From assembly GCF_964204645.1 (NCBI RefSeq), contig NC_134027.1, positions 4,434,485 to 4,498,484 of the forward strand: a stretch of DNA of 64,000 nucleotides, in the 5' to 3' direction. Of the stretch, positions 51,870 to 64,000 are shown in pieces (within the stretch, counting starts at the first letter, position 1; each line of letters begins with the position of its first letter). Origin of the DNA: Tubulanus polymorphus (Eukaryota; Animalia; Nemertea). The notes under the pieces were generated by a model. It saw only the letters and a program-made list of their open reading frames with translations. It was not told the DNA's origin and searched no databases. The position numbers were made by a program, and so were the translations under genes.

Positions 51870-53051
51870 CCGTAAAACGGGGTGAATAGGAACAGCAGGG
51901 TGAATAGGAACAGGCAGTGGGAAAAGTTTTTTCTCTCCTAATATTAACTTTAACGTTTGACGAATTAATTCTAAATTCTTTTCAAACTTTAGCCACAATG
52001 CAAGTTAGAAAATAACACAGTAAATCATGGTTACAAGCATGTTCATCTCGTGACTACTGGAATTTAAAGTTTGGCCACTTTTTCCATCAAAATTTGACAT
52101 GATCAAAACTTTCACCATTCAGATCATGCGGTTTGTCCACCACCTGTCTCCATTGAGCTAAAGGACCTGTGGGATGGATGTACACATATTCATATTTAGT
52201 TAGCTAGGCTTGTTGCACAGATGAAATTAAAATGATGTTTTTTGATAATTTCGGGTAAAAAGTATATAAAACCGGGGTCAATAGGAACAAGCATGTCGCG
52301 AAACTATACTAAACCAAAACCGGGAGCAAAAATTACCAGAAATATGGTAAGGACTTACTGAAAGAAGCTGTAGCTGCAATAAATGCTGGTTTGTCTAATA
52401 GAATTGATTCTGCAACATATGACATATCTAGAACTGATTTGTTTAGATATGTTCCTGAATTAAGGGAAAGATGGGAGTTATTTTAATGGTGGATTGACAG
52501 ATCACACCTTATTCCCATACTCAGTAGTTCTGTTGTCGGACAAGGTTATAAGCTATTGTATTGTTGTTTAACATTCAAGTTTATTTTTGACATGTGAATA
52601 TATGTTGACTGACTAAATTGCATTTGAAACTGGCATTTGTAGTGAGAAAATGTAAATTCTTGGTGGCTCTATAAATCAAAAACTATCTTAAGTGTAACTG
52701 CTAAGTTACTTAAAGTTCTCTTGAAGTTTTCTATAGGAATCCAAGTGCCATGTAGTATTATAACATTAACCTACACAAAAAAATAGTTTTTTTTGTATTT
52801 CAAATTTTTTCTTGACATTTTGCCAATTTTTGTGGCTTTAGTCTGTCACAGGATGTCTAACGATATTTTTAAAAATCCTAAATGTGTCCCTATTGATCCC
52901 TTAGCAGAGTATAATAGGTATAACACTGACCCAAACTGTGTGTTCCTATTCACCCCGAAATTGGGGTCAATACAGGGGAATCCAAGTATGTTAAGGTAAG
53001 ATTAGAGAAGGAAATATTAGAAAATCGTTCCTATTCACCCCGTTTTGACGG
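51870..53051 (+). mobile_element. Non-autonomous pogo/Tc2-like (Tc1-mariner) DNA transposon with decayed HTH-psq transposase 5' end
   Basis: TA|CCGTAAAACGGGGTGAATAGGAAC ... GTTCCTATTCACCCCGTTTTGACGG|TA; internal copies of GGGTSAATAGGAACA; frameshifted MSRNYTKPKPGAK../YQKYGKDLLKEAVAAINAGLSNRIDSATYDISRTDLFRY at about 52293-52460. Confidence 0.88.
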
Positions 53052-53295
53052 TAATTTGTGAAAAGCAAGTGTGTTTTGGGCAAAAGATAAGAATATCGTT
53101 AATTAAGAAAAAATACGGAAATATCATTCTAAATTAAGGATGGGTTTATAGTATCCTAGCTTATTAGAATTAGACGCCACAGTGGTAGAAAGAAAAATTT
53201 ATATTCCGGTGGTATTTCATCATGCGCTACCATTTTAGTTCACAGAAATTCCGCTATGCTTATTCATGGGGGCAGTACTGAACGGTTAAAATCTT

Positions 53296-53468
53296 TTTTT
53301 TTTTTTTTTTCTTTTTTTTTGATCTTAAAATAGGGATTGACCCTGTGATTTATTTGATTGGTAAATTTCGTTTGATTTTTTGATTTGGTGTCCCTTACAA
53401 ACCCACCACACCTGCCGGGAAAGAAACAGGGGGTTTGATTTTGAAATCGGAAATCGAAGTACAAATAT
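53296..53468 (-). mobile_element. Short retroposed insertion with poly(A) tail and 14-bp TSD
   Basis: ACGGTTAAAATCTT at 53282-53295 and 53469-53482; T-run 53294-53320 is the minus-strand poly(A). Confidence 0.85.
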
Positions 53469-53482
53469 ACGGTTAAAATCTT

Positions 53483-53630
53483 ACGGAGCGTCGGTATTCT
53501 ACTGTGGCATGCGAGGAATCCTGCGTAGAGTCAATGGTACAGGTAAGGGATTCGAACTCACTAGCTCAAGCCGTTCCCGCTGGTGGAAGCCTGGGGTGCG
53601 ATCCTGGACCCCTGGCAAGCGTGGATGCAG
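53483..53630 (-). mobile_element. GC-rich tRNA-like (B-box) SINE fragment
   Basis: Minus strand gaGTTCGAATCCC in a GC-rich island within AT-rich DNA. Confidence 0.35.
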
Positions 53631-56600
53631 GAAAACTATTCCCAAATATTTTCAGACCATTGAATATATAAATCGTTATTTTACTAAAACAGTAGTTTGG
53701 TCCTTTCCTCAGCTATCAAAGGGCCAATGAATTTCACTTAAGACATCAAGCATCGCATAGTGTGTTCGGCTTAAGTAGTTTTTTATCATCACTTAAAAAT
53801 TGCGGTATCAAAAAGTAGAACTTTTTGTGCAAAGTAAGCATAGAGCCTTAAAAAACGTACTCGCTACAAACCATGTACATGTATTGATTTTTGTCTTGGA
53901 ACGAATCTTCTTTATTGCCAGGTAGTGTTTTCAATGTATCCTGGATCTCTTGTATTGTGAGGTGTCATGGTGTCCTTTGAGTTCACCAATGGTGGTAAAA
54001 TCCAGATAACAGAAAAAAAACATGATTTACATATACCTAGTTTTTATTTGATTTTGACAGTCTGTGATTTCTTGGATAAAATTAGCTTAATACAGAAGAA
54101 ACTACTGCTCATGCAAATCATTGAGTAAATTGAAACTTAAGTTTGACAGAAAGTGTATTGTACAAGATGAATAGAAATACAAAAAATAATACCAGTTTTT
54201 GACAAAAAAATAATCTGCATTTTTATGTCTGGTCTATCCCGACTAAATCCAGGTGTGTTGGAAGCAATCTTTGATTGCCGCGGCTAATTGCCGATTTTTT
54301 ACAGGTTTTATAATGCAGCGGTGAATTTACTTTCAATTTCTCCAAAACATGTTATTCAAAGAAAGAAAATGTCATTCAGTGAATTATTGCCGCGGCATTC
54401 CAACTCCACTGAAATCAATCTAATGCTGAGCCTTTTACTAAATATAGTAAAACTCAACCTGAGCCCTAGGTATGCTAAATAGACTATAACTTACATACGA
54501 AAATATAATTGTTCCAATTATTTTAATTGATCCAAGTTATTCATTCTGGGAACATGATATCAAAAGCTGCTGATAGACATGTCAAACTTGTGTTTTCAGT
54601 CATTGAGCGCACAACATAACTGCAGTGAAGTCCGTCCTACTGTAACAGACCGAAATCAACCAAAGCAAGCGAATACTGTTCGGAATCAATCATATTCTCC
54701 AATCAGTATTGGGTCTGGTCTGGGGAACGTTTTAGCACCAGAAAGTTTTAAATAAATTAAACATACAGAATATACTGGTATGCATATACTGGGAAGAAGT
54801 AAATTAAGACCTCAGCCTCAATATTCAGAATTCAAGGTAGGGGGAACATTGATCCAAATTCCTATATTGAATGAGTAACTACTAGTTAGAATAGTTCAGT
54901 TTAACAATCATTCAACCACAATATCAGTTATTATAATATCTTTTGCCCGACCTTAAGAGATAATTATGAAAGGTCATGTGAATATTTGCTATTTTTGCTT
55001 GACATAAATTATTCAGTTCACCCATATCTTACTGCGCTATCCATTCATTGATGAAATGTAAAAACAGCTTTATCAATAACATTCACAAAACAAATATGCG
55101 TATATATTCATTTATCCGTAGTGCATGATGAAACAAAGGGCAAACTGACAGTAATTGATTTGAAGATTTTGAATATGACACCACGTCATGGAATTTTACA
55201 ATTATTTTCAGGCTACATGAGATAATTTATAAGCATATACCGCAGTATTGAATTATAATTTGCATTGTTTACGACACAAACTAAAGCCAGATGTCACCAA
55301 TCGGATTACATGAACAGTACTTAAACATCAGAGTAAACACTGCGAATATGTTTCGTCATCGGTGATTTTCAAAGAAATAGCTGAATCTACGTCAATAATG
55401 AACTGGCAGGTCACTGGATTGGGATTTCACAATAATCCAGCAATCACCAACAGTAATTCACACCAGTGAAATTAACCCATGGTCTGTAATGATTAGTCTG
55501 CAATTCATGTTAATATTCAAGCTTAATGCCCTCTTTCAACTCAGAACCATCATAAATCTAGGTTTATTCTGAATATAGCTAGTAGTCTATAAGGAAAAAC
55601 CTCTTGATCTAATATGGATCATCAGTTAACATGCTTACTTTTCTTAGAGCACTGATTGTCGAAATTTGATGTTTTAAATGGGTATAAACATGTCATACTT
55701 TTATTACACACTATATATTTATATATGTATAGGAGCATAAATCCAGAAGAAATGAAGACATGCTTGAGGGAGTATTGAAATTAATTGATAGTATGAAATA
55801 CAACTAAGATTAGAAATGAGCATAGTACTCCGAGTTCAAAGATATAAACAAACAGCCAGGAGACAGTTACTCTGTATCAAATGTCGTAATGTTAAAGTAT
55901 TTCACAATGTTACGATATCTCATACATTCAATGCTTAATTGTACATGTACATGTTTATTATAGAGATAGCTAACGTTATATAAGAAGAAACATGTAGACA
56001 TTTTTTATAACATTCATTCAGAGGTTAATTGACATTCTTTCACTTCAAAACATTGTCTCGTTTCATAACTACAAAAATAAATAATTGTAACCGTAATTCA
56101 CTGATGTATACACGTGATTATAAGTTACATCCATTGACATTATCATAACAGTAAATATATGTATATATGTATTATGTATGTTGATCTTACATTCATTATC
56201 ATAATAGTAGAAAAGGTCCGATGGATTTACCTTAAATGACTATCGATATCAATCAGTCATCGTGTAAAATAAATGCAATTTCTACAGGTACAACAGGTTT
56301 AATACGGTACAAGTAGTAAAACCGCAGTACGCTGGTTAACCTGGGTTGCAATCGCGTTTCGCAATATCTAATTCTGAAAGCAAATAATCTATTCGACGTA
56401 CCTACAATAACCATTCGGAAAAATCGGACGTTTTCCAATAAACATTTTGAAACACACGTGAGCACAAGATATATAAGTAGAAAACCACCGTATATTTTGT
56501 TGTCCAGCAATATTTCGATCTTTGAAAATGTCTCGTTTGAGTGTGAAGTCGAGTACCTACCAGCAGTTACCCGAATATCTCAAATTAAAACATACAGGTT

Positions 56601-57526
56601 GAATAACTGAAAGGATTCAGGTGACCTTCCTGGTTTTTTACGAATGGCATTAATTTTAACACGGTTAAAGCCATTTATCAAAAATAACGTTTTGAATTAA
56701 TCTATCACAAACAGCTGGATTCAGAAAATCAAACATCAATTCTCAAAGCAACAAAAAACAACAGCTTTTTAGAGTAAAATTAGCGAAAGCTAATATAACA
56801 GATTCAGTCTACTAATAGATCATCGGAGTCTCGAATCAACGAATCATTATAGCATTACAAAGCAAATAAACTGTATGAATTCGACAAGGTGGCTTATCCT
56901 TCATATTACTTTAATCGAAGACAACATTGCACCGAAACAGTTAATATTAAAGCTCTAATGCTTCATGATAGATGAAAAGCACACTTATATACTTATTTTT
57001 TGGTAACTTCTACGGTTGATATAGAACCATTTTAACCTTTTCGTACGATAAAACAGAATTTTTCAAACTGCACAAAAATGAAATGCCATTTTTTTTCTTC
57101 ATTAGCACGGCGACATAGAGAGAGATAGAGGAAAAATCAATTTCAAATGACGGATCAATCAGTATCTATACGTTAAATACTGACGAGTACAAGATTGGTA
57201 GCAACAACTTGTAAATAGTTTACTCATTTATGTTGAATTGACGACAACTGTGACGACAAGACTGCTCGTTATTTCTCTCCATGGAATCATGACGAAGTCT
57301 ACAAAAGAAAGCGATCGTAAAGCATCTTAAAAACGCAATCCACATTACAGATAAACCCTGATGGTCTCAGCAGTTGATGTTACACAAATATGACAAGCTG
57401 TAGATATATGAAAAGTCCCACAGTAAAAATGTTTTATCTGACAAAATTCATTGAAATGAAACCATGTTTCAAATGAGTGTTTTATTCGACAAACACAAAC
57501 TGCATAATCAATGTCGAAGTGGACTA

Positions 57527-57598
57527 GTTTTAGTGGTCTACTGATAAGCATGCTTGCTTTGTATGTACAAGATCTGGGTTCGATTCGCGGTGAATGCA
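57527..57598 (+). pseudogene. Degenerate tRNA pseudogene / SINE head (tRNA-Gly-like 3' end)
   Basis: A-box-like agtggtctactg and B-box GGGTTCGATTC at tRNA spacing, ends AATGCA; acceptor and anticodon stems broken. Confidence 0.5.
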
Positions 57599-57665
57599 CG
57601 TAATTTTACTATCACTCATGACTCATTAATGGTTACAGATATTACATTTACCTTATTTCAGGTCC

Positions 57666-62936
<5,271 letters not shown>

Positions 62937-63233
62937 GATAAGATTTCTGAGTTGATTCTGTTGTTGTTTATGCGAGTGACTGCTGTGGCCTGGTGGAGTG
63001 GGTAGCGGGTAGGCGGCTTTTTGAGGGAAGGGAAATAAAAGTCTCAAATGCACCAAAAATAACCGAGTTAACTGGAGTATCCGATATCAATAAAACTCTA
63101 TCCAATCTAAACACACTTAATCCGTACTTCAAATTGGTAAAACGTGTAAATCCGCCTTTAAAACCTGGTTTAATCACACCCGGAATTTTTTTTTTTGAAT
63201 GAATCTAACCCGAATTCCCGGATGCCTCGGAGA

Positions 63234-63267
63234 ATCTCGCGAGATCTTACATTCTAGGTGGCAGCAC
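63234..63267. promoter_or_regulatory. GNAI promoter: TCTCGCGAGA palindrome plus CTCF-like motif
   Basis: ATCTCGCGAGAT at 63234-63245; CTAGGTGGCAGCA at 63254-63266; about 300 bp upstream of the GNAI ATG. Confidence 0.55.
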
Positions 63268-63505
63268 CAGCTGGTTAGGCAATAAAATCTGCGCGGCCTA
63301 ACCACCCGGTGTCTGGCTAACGATACACTTCACGGTATAGAAATCATAACTAATGTGTTAGTAATATATGTTAAAATACGTATGAATATGTTAATGCATT
63401 ATACAATAAACTTTAATAAGTTTTCAATATGAAGGAACAGTCCATAAAGAATTCAAAAGTAATAAAATAAAAATGGACGGTTTTAATTAATTCTAAATCG
63501 AAGCT

Positions 63506-63999
<494 letters not shown>

Positions 64000-64000
64000 A

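Noticed and set aside
53264-53730. ORFs 53264-53464 (poly-Lys) and 53380-53730
   Set aside because: Artefacts of the poly(A) retro-insertion and adjacent repeat
57527-57598. Functional tRNA gene
   Set aside because: Acceptor, D and anticodon stems contain multiple mismatches
62937-63056. 40-aa N-terminal extension of G-alpha-i in the ORF track
   Set aside because: Starts at TTG and would block Gly2 myristoylation; this is 5'UTR

Overview
AT-rich, intron-containing animal DNA from a non-vertebrate bilaterian; the ORF track is mostly spurious fragments. Four spliced genes can be assembled by hand from GT-AG junctions. (1) CBF-beta (CBFB/Brother), minus strand, 6 coding exons over about 29 kb (30646-1586) with two giant introns. 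(2) PHAF1/C16orf70, plus strand, 14 exons (35901-48006), head-to-head with CBFB. (3) G-alpha-i, minus strand, 8 coding exons (62936-57666) plus a probable 3'UTR intron. (4) The last two exons of a testis-specific serine kinase (TSSK) at the right edge. Small non-autonomous transposons cluster at 34.6-38.7 kb and 50.6-53.7 kb. The most notable observations are the CBFB-PHAF1 linkage (also neighbours in human) inside a CpG-rich domain, a candidate alternative terminal exon giving CBF-beta up to three C-termini, a highly structured tRNA-like/Pol III-like element, and a 37-bp mini-transposon with a 7-bp TSD. No prokaryote-type system (CRISPR etc.) is present.
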